Origin: Kiritimatiellia bacterium
GTDB lineage: Bacteria > Verrucomicrobiota > Kiritimatiellia > JAAZAB01
Assembly: GCA_040767085.1 (NCBI GenBank)
Contig: JAXGPF010000005.1
Coordinates: forward strand, 224,001 to 288,000
Length of the DNA: 64,000 nt
Direction: 5' to 3'
Shown here piece after piece: positions 9,040-18,427 of the stretch. The notes under the pieces were generated by a model that worked only from the letters and a program-made list of their open reading frames with translations, was not told where the DNA came from and did no database searches. The position numbers and the translations under genes were made by a program. Every line of letters begins with the position of its first letter. Within the stretch, counting starts at the first letter, position 1.

Positions 9040-10293
9040 CTACTTGATGGGCTGCGCTGCGCAGGCCGCTTCCCAGCGTTCCAGGAGGTCCGGATGATCT
9101 GACAGCAGCCGCGCCAGGCGGCTGGCCGGCCTCAAAGGTTCCAGGTTGGACAACGCCCCTTTCGCCAGAAATCCCGCGAAGGCGGCCGGCGTGCCGCAGA
9201 GTTCCAGGGCATGCCGGTCGGCCAGGCGTTCGTCCCAGCGCGAGATGGCATTGTCCAGCGGCGTCCACCCCAGGGTCACGATCCGCCAGGCCAGGAACGT
9301 CAAAACCACGCAGCGCGCGGGCGGCACGAGCGCCGCGCCGCCGGCGCGCCGCCGCCAGGCGGATGCCAGGGCAAAGACCGCCAGCAATTGCGCCAGCGCG
9401 CTGGTTTTGCGCAAGGCCATGAAAAAGAATTCATGCCGGTAATGGCCCAGTTCATGCCCCAGGGCCATGGCCGCTTCGTCCGGGGTAAAACGCTCGATCA
9501 GGGTATCTGTGAAAACCGCGTAGCGCTCCGCCGCCCGCCCGCTCAGGCAGGCATTCACGGCATTATCCCGGCGGCTGGCATCCGAGACCATCAGCGGCAT
9601 TCGCAGACCGTCGCACTGTAAAATTCGCTCGGCCGCTGCGCGATGCGGCCCGGCAGGCAATTGCTCGAGTTTTTCCACCGGGTCGCGCGGAGCGTAGGGA
9701 ATTAATTCCGGCAAGGCATGGAACAACATCCACATGGTTAGCGGCGCCGCCAGCCACCAGCGCCGGGGAAAAATATTCAGCAGGCAATAAATGACCAATC
9801 CCTGCGCGACCCACAAAACCAGCGCCAGCGCCAGCCGCAAAGTCCAGATACCCAGCAACGCCGCCGGGGCCAGGTTCGTCATACCAAAGGCCCGGGCATG
9901 CCGGTAAAGCGCCCAGAGGAATGGTTTATCCAGCAGAAAAACGCCGAGTCCGATAACCGCCAGCAGCCCCATGAACGCCGGCAGTTGGCGGATGCCGCCG
10001 GCAGCCGGCCGGGCGGCGCGGCGCGGACGCATGGCCGTGTAGGCCAGCGCCAGCCAGGCAATGATCGTCAGCAGGGCCGCCAGCCGGCCCGGCGCCGCCG
10101 GGCGGTCATACGCTTCCGCCCGCGCGGCGTCCTGGTCGCTCCACCAGGGACGCAGCGCGGGCGGCGGCGGAGTCGCCGGCGGCCCCCAGGCGCGCCCGGC
10201 CGGACCGGGGATGCCAAGGAACGGCGCCACCTGGCCGGCCATCCCCAGGACCAGCAATGCCAAAAGGATAAAAATCTGGCGGCGATGTTTCAT
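9040..10293 (-). CDS. M48-family membrane metalloprotease (Ste24/HtpX-like)
   Basis: Multiple TM segments, VNA, HELGH, ERLAD and HP motifs. Confidence 0.85.
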   Translation of the reverse strand: MKHRRQIFILLALLVLGMAGQVAPFLGIPGPAGRAWGPPATPPPPALRPWWSDQDAARAEAYDRPAAPGRLAALLTIIAWLALAYTAMRPRRAARPAAGGIRQLPAFMGLLAVIGLGVFLLDKPFLWALYRHARAFGMTNLAPAALLGIWTLRLALALVLWVAQGLVIYCLLNIFPRRWWLAAPLTMWMLFHALPELIPYAPRDPVEKLEQLPAGPHRAAAERILQCDGLRMPLMVSDASRRDNAVNACLSGRAAERYAVFTDTLIERFTPDEAAMALGHELGHYRHEFFFMALRKTSALAQLLAVFALASAWRRRAGGAALVPPARCVVLTFLAWRIVTLGWTPLDNAISRWDERLADRHALELCGTPAAFAGFLAKGALSNLEPLRPASRLARLLSDHPDLLERWEAACAAQPIK

Positions 10294-10380
10294 TGGCGCA
10301 AGTTTTGCCAGCGCCCGGCATGATAACATGGAGCGGGATTGCCGGCAAGAATACAGAAGGCACTACCGGGGATGTCAACA

Positions 10381-10531
10381 GGGCTGCGTCATGCTCAGCG
10401 GCTCGCCCGGAGGTCTTGCCCTACCTCCGGAACGGCTCGCCCGGAGGTCTCGCCCTACCCATGGCAAATGCTTATGAAATGGTAAGGCGAGGTCTCCGAC
10501 CGAGCCGTCTTTTCCGAGAATGACGCAGCCC
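10381..10531. mobile_element. MITE-like cassette: terminal inverted repeats enclosing REP-like palindromes
   Basis: GGCTGCGTCATGCTC...GAGAATGACGCAGCC enclosing two CGGCTCGCCCGGAGGTCT.GCCCTACC units and one inverted GGTAAGGCGAGGTCTCCGACCGAGCCG. Confidence 0.7.
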
Positions 10532-10674
10532 TGGGGATGCCAAACAGATTCCCGCCGCGCCGCCGGCCAGAAATTGCTTGTTTTCCGCCCGCCTGATTTT
10601 ATACTGACCGGCAGGATGCGGATTTTGCCGGTTGCCGGCACGAACTTAAATTCACAGTGGATGGAGGAGAGATC

Positions 10675-11169
10675 ATGCGTGATCGCAAGCAAACCATGTC
10701 AGTCCTGGCGGCAGCGCTGGCCGGATTGGCTTTCCTGGCCGCCGGCGCCGTCGACCGGACGGTGCAAGTGCGCGAGGCGCAATTGCGCGCCACGCCGTCA
10801 TTCCTTGGCAAATTGACGGGCGCCTGCGCCTACGGAACCAGGGTGACAGTGCTGGAAACGCAGGGCGATTGGGAAAAAGTGCAGGCGCCCGGCGGCCAGG
10901 CGGGCTGGCTGCATACCTCGGCCCTGACCGCCCGGCGGGTGGCCTTGCAGGCCGGCGCGCCGACGGCCGCCACCGCGGCGTCCAGCGACGAACTGGCGCT
11001 GGCCGGCAAGGGATTTAACTCCGATGTCGAGGCGGAATTCAAGCGCCGTAACCGCGAGATTGACTTTACCTGGGTTGACCGGATGGAAAAAATCCGCGTG
11101 GCGCCGGAGCAGATGCAGGCATTCCTCAAGGCCGGCGGCGTACAGCCCGCAGCGGGAGGCGTCCAATGA
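10675..11169 (+). CDS. Secreted SH3-domain protein
   Basis: Signal peptide, 'LRATPS...G.RVTVLE..GDWEKV....GWLH' SH3b pattern, 'LALAGKGF' tail. Confidence 0.8.
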   Translation: MRDRKQTMSVLAAALAGLAFLAAGAVDRTVQVREAQLRATPSFLGKLTGACAYGTRVTVLETQGDWEKVQAPGGQAGWLHTSALTARRVALQAGAPTAATAASSDELALAGKGFNSDVEAEFKRRNREIDFTWVDRMEKIRVAPEQMQAFLKAGGVQPAAGGVQ

Positions 11170-12092
11170 AATATTGCATCGGATTAATGGCCGGCGCGGC
11201 GGGCCTGGCGTTGGCGGTTGGCGCCGGCGGATGCAGCACCACCATGGACGCTCTTTCATCGGTAGGCACGGCGGTCGGCGAAGCCTCGGGCGCCATCACG
11301 CCGGCGCAGGGCGAATCCATCCGCAAATCCGCCGTCGCGGTCGGCAAGACTTTTGAGGACATTACGCCGGAGCAGGAATATTACATCGGCCGCACGGTGG
11401 CGGCCACGATTCTCAGTTCCTGCAAGCCCTGCCTCAATCCGACCGTAAACGATTACCCCAACCTGCTGGGCCAAACCCTGGCGCGCTTCTCCGACCTGCC
11501 GGAGACTTTTGGCGGCTATCATTTCCTGGTCATGGATACCGAGGAAGTCAATGCCTTCGCGGCGCCCGGCGGGCTGATCATGATCTCGCGGGGTATGCTG
11601 CGTTGCTGCAAAAGCGAGGATGCGCTGGCAGCCGTGCTGGCGCACGAAATCGGCCATGTGCAAAACCGGCACGGATTGCAGGCCATCAAGAAAGGGCGGC
11701 TGACAGCGGCCCTGACCACCCTGGCCGCGGAAGGCGCCAAATCATTCGGCGGCGAACAACTCGCGGAATTGACGCAGGCTTTTGAAAATTCCATCGCGGA
11801 CATCACCGCCACCCTGATGAACAGCGGGTACTCGCGCGCGTTTGAGCGCCAGGCCGACCAGGCGGCCGTGGCAATTTTAAAACGCAGCGGATACGATCCC
11901 CGGGCGCTGGTGGAGATGCTGGAGGAAATGAAACAACACCTCCAGCCGGGCGGCCGCGATTTCGCCCGGACCCATCCCGCGCCCGAATCCCGGATTGCCG
12001 ATATCCGCAAGCTGATCGGCAGCCACCGGGCGCCGCCGGCGCCGCCCGCGCGGCAGGCGCGGTTCGCGCGCTACCGGGAATCCCTCCCGTAG
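11166..12092 (+). CDS. M48-family metalloprotease lipoprotein (BepA/LoiP-like)
   Basis: Lipobox-like AGGC, VNAFAAPGG, HEIGH, YSR..E..AD, THP..R. Confidence 0.88.
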   Translation: MKYCIGLMAGAAGLALAVGAGGCSTTMDALSSVGTAVGEASGAITPAQGESIRKSAVAVGKTFEDITPEQEYYIGRTVAATILSSCKPCLNPTVNDYPNLLGQTLARFSDLPETFGGYHFLVMDTEEVNAFAAPGGLIMISRGMLRCCKSEDALAAVLAHEIGHVQNRHGLQAIKKGRLTAALTTLAAEGAKSFGGEQLAELTQAFENSIADITATLMNSGYSRAFERQADQAAVAILKRSGYDPRALVEMLEEMKQHLQPGGRDFARTHPAPESRIADIRKLIGSHRAPPAPPARQARFARYRESLP

Positions 12093-12116
12093 GACGCCCG
12101 GTCCGCGGCGCGGCGC

Positions 12117-12527
12117 CTACGCGCCTTCCGGATTCGGCAAAGCTTTGCCCTGCCGGCGCAAGCCGCGCCGGATGGCCGCCAACGCGGCTTGCGGCGACAT
12201 GGCGCCGAAATGAATGGGGATGATAAATCCGTCTTCCAAACGCAAGTTGAGCGTTTTCAGAATCAGCCACCGGCGGGTAACATCCGCCGATGCTATGCGT
12301 TGATAGGGCACGACAAAGGATGTTTCCGTCGGCTGGAAGGCCTGGATGCCGCGGCTGAGGGCGGCGCCGGCGCCGGCCGCCAGGGCCAGGCCGCCCTGGA
12401 AGCGGACATACAGGTTGGTCACGCAAAGCCGGCCGGTAACTTTCGCGCCCAGCGGGGTCGGTTCGCCTAAATACACAAACCACGAACCCGCGGCGATTTC
12501 ACCCCGGTCCAGATTCGGCGCACGCAT
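12117..12527 (-). CDS. Hypothetical protein, possible PH/GRAM-like fold
   Basis: 'VTGRLCVTNLYVRF' is a GRAM-like pattern; directly downstream of gdhA. Confidence 0.55.
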   Translation of the reverse strand: MRAPNLDRGEIAAGSWFVYLGEPTPLGAKVTGRLCVTNLYVRFQGGLALAAGAGAALSRGIQAFQPTETSFVVPYQRIASADVTRRWLILKTLNLRLEDGFIIPIHFGAMSPQAALAAIRRGLRRQGKALPNPEGA

Positions 12528-12538
12528 GAGCCCATCCG

Positions 12539-13783
12539 TTATTGCACGCCGCGGTCCACCATGGCCTGGACGATTTTCTCCAGGGCCAGGCAATAGGCGG
12601 CCTGCCGCAGCGTAATTTTGCGGCTGGCGGCAAATTCATGCACCCGGGCATAGACGGAACGCATGCGGGTGAAGAGCCGCTGGTTGACATCGGCCTCTTC
12701 CCAGTAGAAGCCTTCGCGGTTCTGCACCCACTCGAAGTAGGATACAATCACGCCGCCGGCATTGGCCAGGATGTCGGGCACCACGGTGATGCCTTTGCGG
12801 GCGAGGATTTCGTCGGCTTCGGGGGTCGTCGGTCCGTTGGCGCCCTCGGTGATCAGCTTGGCGCGGATATCCCCGGCGTTATCCGCGGTAATGGACATTT
12901 CCTTGGCGCAGGGCAGCAGGACATCGCAGTCGCAGGTGATCAGCTCGTGCATCTCGATCACCTTGCCGCCGGCGTAGCCCTTAATGCCGCCCGTGCGGTC
13001 GCGATGCTTGATCATTTCCGAGACATTCAAGCCCTCCGGATTGTATAGGGCGCCGGTGATATCGCTGATCCCCACCACCTTGATGCCGCGCTCAAACACG
13101 TCCAGGGCGGCATGGGAGCCGACATTGCCGAATCCCTGCACCGCCACGCGGTAATTCTTCAGTCCCATTTCGCGCACGGCTTCCAACATGGCGCATACCA
13201 CGCCGCGCCCGGTGGCTTCCTTGCGGCCGAGGGATCCGCCCAGCGCGATGGGTTTGCCGGTGACCACGCCGCGGGCCACATCGCGGTACTTGCGGTATTC
13301 ATCGTAAATCCAGGCCATTTCCCGCGCGCCGGTGCCCATATCCGGCGCCGGGATATCGATATTCGGGCCGATATCGTTCACCAGGCGCGAGGTGTACTTG
13401 CGCACCAGCCGCTCCAGTTCCGTGAGGGTCAGCGTCTTGGGGTCCACGGCGATGCCGCCCTTGGCGCCGCCGTAGGGGATGCCCGCCAGCGAGGTTTTCA
13501 AGCTCATCCACAAGGCGAGGGCTTTGACCTCGTCCAGGTCCACATCCGGATGAAAACGGATGCCGCCTTTGTAGCAGCCCAGGACATCGCTGTGTTGGAT
13601 GCGGTAGCAGTTGAACACGCGCATGCCGCCCTGGTCCAATTGCACGGTGGCCCGGAACATGATGACCTTGTCCGGAATGCGCAGGCGCTCCAGCAATTCC
13701 ATGCCGTGGAAGCGTTTTTCAAAATCAAGAAATGCGGCGGTGCGCTCCACCAGGCTCATTGCATTGTCCAACACGGATGCCAT
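12539..13783 (-). CDS. gdhA: Glu/Leu/Phe/Val dehydrogenase (glutamate dehydrogenase)
   Basis: KGGIRFHP, GGAKGG, DIPAPDMGT, VVTGKP..LGGSLGR.EATG, QGFGNVG, EGANGP, ANAGGV.VSYFEWVQN. Confidence 0.95.
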   Translation of the reverse strand: MASVLDNAMSLVERTAAFLDFEKRFHGMELLERLRIPDKVIMFRATVQLDQGGMRVFNCYRIQHSDVLGCYKGGIRFHPDVDLDEVKALALWMSLKTSLAGIPYGGAKGGIAVDPKTLTLTELERLVRKYTSRLVNDIGPNIDIPAPDMGTGAREMAWIYDEYRKYRDVARGVVTGKPIALGGSLGRKEATGRGVVCAMLEAVREMGLKNYRVAVQGFGNVGSHAALDVFERGIKVVGISDITGALYNPEGLNVSEMIKHRDRTGGIKGYAGGKVIEMHELITCDCDVLLPCAKEMSITADNAGDIRAKLITEGANGPTTPEADEILARKGITVVPDILANAGGVIVSYFEWVQNREGFYWEEADVNQRLFTRMRSVYARVHEFAASRKITLRQAAYCLALEKIVQAMVDRGVQ

Positions 13784-13968
13784 GTCATACCCTCCGGAAT
13801 GCAGAATATATTTAGTTGTTGTTTACTGACGGGCAATGCTTATCATATTGCGCGGGATTGGGCAAGGACAAACCGTCCGGATGTCGTAAACAAATGACTT
13901 GGCCGCATAATTAACAAATGATTTGTCCGCTTAAAGCTGTCAGGATGGTGCATTCAAAGGGGGGTTAT

Positions 13969-15153
13969 ATGGATGAATATCCGAAGGCAGCACTGGAGCG
14001 GGCAATGAAGGTACAGGAAGTGATCTTGCGTGCGATTGAAGGGCGGTTAATGTGGTGGGAGGCGGCGGAGATACTAGGTGTGAGCTACCGGACCATGCGG
14101 CGCTGGAAAGGGCGCTACGAGCGGTATGGTTACGACGGGCTGCTGGATCGTCGGCGGAAGATACCGGGGCCGCGGCGCGTGCCCCTTGCGACGGTGAAGC
14201 AGGTGCTGAGGTTGTACCGAGAAGAATACATGGATTTCAATGTGAGGCATTTTCACGAGAAGCTGCAGGCGGAGCATGGGATCGAGCTCAGTTATCAGTG
14301 GGTCAAGAGCGCCTTGCAGACGGCCGGGTTGGTGGCGAAGGCCCGGAAACGAGGGCCGCATCGGCAGCAGCGGGAACGGCGACCAATGGCGGGGATGATG
14401 TTGATGGTGGATGGCAGCACCCATGCCTGGTTGCCCCTGCTGGCGGGCCAGAAGCAGGATCTGATCCTGGTGATGGACGATGCCACCAGCGAAGTCTACA
14501 CGGCCTATCTTGTGCCCCAGGAAGGGACATTAACGGTGATGAAGGGGTTGAAAGAAGTCATTATTAAACATGGGGTTTTCTGCAGTCTGTACACGGATCG
14601 TGGCAGTCATTTCTTTTATACGCCCAAAGAAGGCGGGGCGGTGGACCGGCGTCAATTGACGCAAATTGGACGGGCGTTGCAACAGTTGGGGATCGAACAT
14701 ATTCCGAGCTATAGCCCCCAGGGACGTGGGCGAATAGAGCGGATGTTTAAGACCTGGCAAGGGCGCCTGCCGCAGGAATTAAGGCAGGCGGGAATCCGGA
14801 CGATGGCCGAGGCCAACGTCTATATTCAACAACAGTTTCTGCCTTCCTTCAATCGCAACATGAAGGTGAAGGCGCGGGAAACAGGAACGTGTTTCGTGCC
14901 TTGCGGTGAGCAGGATTTGGACAGCATTTTCTGTGTGCAGCATGCGCGAGAGGTTCAAAATGACAATACCGTGGCTGTCGGGAGTCGCCGCTTGCAGATT
15001 GGACCATCAAAATGGCGTTTCAGCTTCGCCAAGTGCCGGGTTAAAGTCTGCGAGCACCTCGATGGCACGGTGTCCATCCGTTATGGCCCGCATGTGGTTG
15101 GCCGCTACCAAGGACCGTTGAACATTTCGGCGTCGCTGGAGGACGTCGCATAA
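13969..15153 (+). CDS. DDE transposase (HTH + rve), ISNCY/IS1202 family
   Basis: DGSTHAW, MDDATS, LYTDRGS, SPQGRGRIER motifs; lower GC than the flanks; alternative start at 13918. Confidence 0.93.
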   Translation: MDEYPKAALERAMKVQEVILRAIEGRLMWWEAAEILGVSYRTMRRWKGRYERYGYDGLLDRRRKIPGPRRVPLATVKQVLRLYREEYMDFNVRHFHEKLQAEHGIELSYQWVKSALQTAGLVAKARKRGPHRQQRERRPMAGMMLMVDGSTHAWLPLLAGQKQDLILVMDDATSEVYTAYLVPQEGTLTVMKGLKEVIIKHGVFCSLYTDRGSHFFYTPKEGGAVDRRQLTQIGRALQQLGIEHIPSYSPQGRGRIERMFKTWQGRLPQELRQAGIRTMAEANVYIQQQFLPSFNRNMKVKARETGTCFVPCGEQDLDSIFCVQHAREVQNDNTVAVGSRRLQIGPSKWRFSFAKCRVKVCEHLDGTVSIRYGPHVVGRYQGPLNISASLEDVA

Positions 15154-15156
15154 ACT

Positions 15157-15182
15157 TTTTCCTCCCCCGCGGGGGAGGAAAA
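15157..15182. terminator. Perfect 26-bp palindrome after the transposase stop, terminator-like
   Basis: TTTTCCTCCCCCGCGGGGGAGGAAAA. Confidence 0.55.
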
Positions 15183-15343
15183 TCCTCACCCCAGGAGCAA
15201 CAACACACAATAACAAATCGGACAGATCACTTGTTACAAAAAGCGGACACTTGACTTGTTACGAACAGGACAAACCGTCCGGAGAAAACACCGGCTCAAC
15301 CTTCAACACCGCACACCGGCTCCCGGACAATGAAACACTGTTT

Positions 15344-18316
15344 ATGCCGCGCGACCATTTACAAGAACAACTCCAGCGATTGCGGCAGCCCGATGTGCGC
15401 CGGTTCCATGCCCTGATGGCGCGCCGCATCCGCACCATCCTGATGGTTTCCACGCAATACGAGGCTTTCAGCCTGGCATGGGACGGCAGTTTGACTGAAG
15501 ACATTTACGGCGCTTATTCGCTGCTGCACCTCCAGAATTTGCCGCAAATCACCACCGTGACTTCCGGGCGCGAAGCCCTGGAGATACTGGCGCGGGAAAA
15601 ATTCGACCTGGTGCTGGTGTCCTCCAACCTGGCGGATATGCCGATCGCCGAGTTCGGACAGGCGGTGAAAGCCGGGCACCCGGACCTGCCGGCGGTGATG
15701 CTGGTATTTGCGCTCGGCGACGCGCCGGAGGTCTGGCACAACTGCATCTGTCCCGGCATCGACTATGTATTTTGCTGGCAGGGCAACGCCAAGGTATTGT
15801 TTTCCATCATCAAGCTGGTGGAGGACTCGCTGAACGTGGAGCGGGACACCCGCATTGTGCCCATCGGTGTGCTGCTGGCGGTGGAAGATTCCATCCGGCA
15901 ATATTCCTTTTTCCTCCCGCATTTGTACACCCTGCTGATGAAACAGGCTTTTGCCCTGGTGCCCTACGGGGTGGATGAAAACGAGCGCCAGTTGCGCACC
16001 CGCACCCGGCCCAAGCTGTTGCTGGCGCGCAATTTTGAAGAAGCGGTGCGGCTGGCGGAACGTTACGGCGCGTTCCTGCATGGCGTCATTTCCGACATGG
16101 AAATCGGCGGCGGCGGGCGTTCCGGGCCGCGTGCCGCGCTGGAATTTCTGCGCGGCCTGCAAACCAAACAGCCCGGCCTGCCGCTGCTGCTGATGTCGGC
16201 GGACGACGCGGCGCCGGCGGCGGCGCGCGAACTGGGCATCCGGTTCGTCAGCAAACGTTCGCCGCGGTTTATCCGCGACTTGGAAGACTTTTTCTTCACC
16301 GACCTGGGCTTCGGGGATTTTGTTTTCCGGGATGCCGCCGGCCGGGAACTTGCCCGGGCGCGCACGCTGCGGGATTTTGAGCAGACCCTGCGGCGGATGC
16401 CGGAGGAATGCGTGGAGTTCCATTGCCGGCGCAATCATTTTTCGCATTGGCTCCTGGCGCAGGGGGAAGCCGGCCTGGCGGAAATCCTGCGGCCCCTGCA
16501 ATGCGCCGATTTCGCGTCCAGCGCCGCCATGCGCGATTTTCTATGCGAAGCCGTGGGGCATGCCCGGCGCGACAAACACCGCGGCATCGTCACGGATTTT
16601 CGCGCGGAGGATTTCGACCCGGAATACACCTTTTTGATGACCGGCCGGGGCAGCCTGGGCGGCAAGGCCCGCGGCCTGGCTTTCATGCTGAACGTTTTGT
16701 GCCGCTCCCGCGCCTCGCCCGAACTGGCCGGCGTGGAAATCCAGCTGCCGCGCACCTTGATCATCACCACGGACGCCTTTGACGAGTTCATGGCGCAGAA
16801 CGACCTGGAGTCCTTCGCGATGGATTGCGCGGACGACCGTGCGCTGCGCGCGCGGTTTTGCCAGGCCCGGCTGCCGGAAAGTCTCCGCGGCAAGCTGCAA
16901 GCTTACGCCGAACGCGTGCGCGTGCCCCTGGCCGTGCGTTCCTCCAGCCACCTGGAGGATTCCTGCAACCAGCCTTTCGCGGGGTTGTACGAGACGTACA
17001 TGCTGCCCAACAGCCATCCCGACGCGGCCGCCCGGCTGGAACAGCTTTGCCTGGCCGTCAAGCTGGTTTATGCTTCCGCCTTCACCGTCTCCATTAAAAA
17101 TTATTTCCAGACGCTCAAGCTCAACATGGAAGAGGAAAAAATGGCCGTAATCGTCCAGGAAATCGTAGGCCGGCGCCACGGGAACCTGTTCTATCCGACC
17201 GTTTCCGGCGTGGCGCAGTCGTTCAACTACTACCCGTTTGCCCGCATGACGCCGTCCGACGGCCTGGCCGCCGTGGCCCTGGGCTTCGGCAAAATCGTGG
17301 TCGAGGGCGGCGATGTCCTGCGTTTCAGCCCCCGCCATCCCAACTTGCTGCCCCAGTCCGGCGCCGTGTCGGAAATGCTGCGGAATTCCCAGAAAAGTTT
17401 CTACGCGCTGGACCTGGACGATACGGCGCCGGACTTATGCGCGGACCAGTCGTCCAATCTCAAGCTTTACGACCTGGCACGCGCCGAACGCGACGCGACC
17501 CTCCACCCGGTGGGCAGCGTTATTTCCGCCGAGGACGACCGCGTGGTGGACGACCTGGCGGCCGCCGGGCCGCGCATTGTAAGTTTTGCGCCCATCCTGA
17601 AACGGCGCTTGTTCCCCCTGTGCGATGTGCTCAATGCGCTGCTGGAGCTGGGCCGGGCCAGCCTGGGCAGCCACGTGGAAATCGAGTTTGCCGTCAACAT
17701 TGACTACCGGAAAAACAGCCGTCCGGAATTCTTTCTGCTGCAAATCCGGCCCATGTCCACCTCGCGCGAACGCCTGGAATTCAAGTTGGACTCGCTGCCG
17801 CCCGCGCGGACAGTCTGCCGCTGCCGCCGCGTAATGGGGAACGGCGTCCTGGAAAACATACACGATGTGATTTACTGCCATCCCGCCCGCTTCGATTTCA
17901 GCCGGTCCTGCCGCGCGGCGGAGACGATCGGCCGGCTAAACCAGGAATTGCTGCGGGAGCGCCGGCGGTATGTCCTGCTGGGCCCGGGCCGCTGGGGAAC
18001 GCGCGTGCCGGCCCTGGGCGTGCCGGTCAACTGGCAGCAAGTCGCCGGCGCGGCGGTGATCGTGGAGTTGCCCGCCGCCGGCCGGCGGCTGGATCCATCG
18101 CAGGGCGCGCATTTTTTCCATAACCTGGCCGCCACCGGCATCGGGTATTTTTCGCTGTCGGAGCAGGATGCGGATAATTTCATCAACTGGGATGCGTTTG
18201 AAAAACAAACGCCGGCATTCGACGACGGGCTGGTGCGCCACCTGCGGCTGGACACGCCGCTGGCGGTGTACATGGACGCTTTGAACCAGCGCGGCGCGAT
18301 CGCGCAAGGCAATTAA
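15344..18316 (+). CDS. Receiver-like domains fused to a PEP/pyruvate-binding (PPDK_N, ATP-grasp) domain
   Basis: REC-like 'SGREALEIL...FDLVL' and 'AVEDS...VISD'; GSLGGKARGL, LAVRSSSHLED...FAGLY, EIEFA, LLQIRPM, GPGRWG, SQGAHFFHN. Confidence 0.88.
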   Translation: MPRDHLQEQLQRLRQPDVRRFHALMARRIRTILMVSTQYEAFSLAWDGSLTEDIYGAYSLLHLQNLPQITTVTSGREALEILAREKFDLVLVSSNLADMPIAEFGQAVKAGHPDLPAVMLVFALGDAPEVWHNCICPGIDYVFCWQGNAKVLFSIIKLVEDSLNVERDTRIVPIGVLLAVEDSIRQYSFFLPHLYTLLMKQAFALVPYGVDENERQLRTRTRPKLLLARNFEEAVRLAERYGAFLHGVISDMEIGGGGRSGPRAALEFLRGLQTKQPGLPLLLMSADDAAPAAARELGIRFVSKRSPRFIRDLEDFFFTDLGFGDFVFRDAAGRELARARTLRDFEQTLRRMPEECVEFHCRRNHFSHWLLAQGEAGLAEILRPLQCADFASSAAMRDFLCEAVGHARRDKHRGIVTDFRAEDFDPEYTFLMTGRGSLGGKARGLAFMLNVLCRSRASPELAGVEIQLPRTLIITTDAFDEFMAQNDLESFAMDCADDRALRARFCQARLPESLRGKLQAYAERVRVPLAVRSSSHLEDSCNQPFAGLYETYMLPNSHPDAAARLEQLCLAVKLVYASAFTVSIKNYFQTLKLNMEEEKMAVIVQEIVGRRHGNLFYPTVSGVAQSFNYYPFARMTPSDGLAAVALGFGKIVVEGGDVLRFSPRHPNLLPQSGAVSEMLRNSQKSFYALDLDDTAPDLCADQSSNLKLYDLARAERDATLHPVGSVISAEDDRVVDDLAAAGPRIVSFAPILKRRLFPLCDVLNALLELGRASLGSHVEIEFAVNIDYRKNSRPEFFLLQIRPMSTSRERLEFKLDSLPPARTVCRCRRVMGNGVLENIHDVIYCHPARFDFSRSCRAAETIGRLNQELLRERRRYVLLGPGRWGTRVPALGVPVNWQQVAGAAVIVELPAAGRRLDPSQGAHFFHNLAATGIGYFSLSEQDADNFINWDAFEKQTPAFDDGLVRHLRLDTPLAVYMDALNQRGAIAQGN

Positions 18317-18427
18317 TGCGCCGCGGCCCGGTCCTGGGTAAAGCCCGGCCGGCCGCGCCAAGTCCAAGCTTGCGGTAAATCCCCCGGCTGCTAAAATGCT
18401 TTACCATGCCCTACGCATGGTTTTCAT

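Larger units (their letters stand above)
13882..15267 (+). mobile_element. Complete IS1202-family (ISNCY) insertion sequence with 16-bp target-site duplication
   Basis: TGT...ACA ends, imperfect inverted repeats with two internal repeats per end, GGACAAACCGTCCGGA at 13866-13881 and 15268-15283. Confidence 0.92.

Noticed and set aside
10297-10310. Sigma-54 promoter upstream of the M48 gene
   Set aside because: TGGCAAAACTTGC has 8 nt rather than the required 10 nt between GG and GC.
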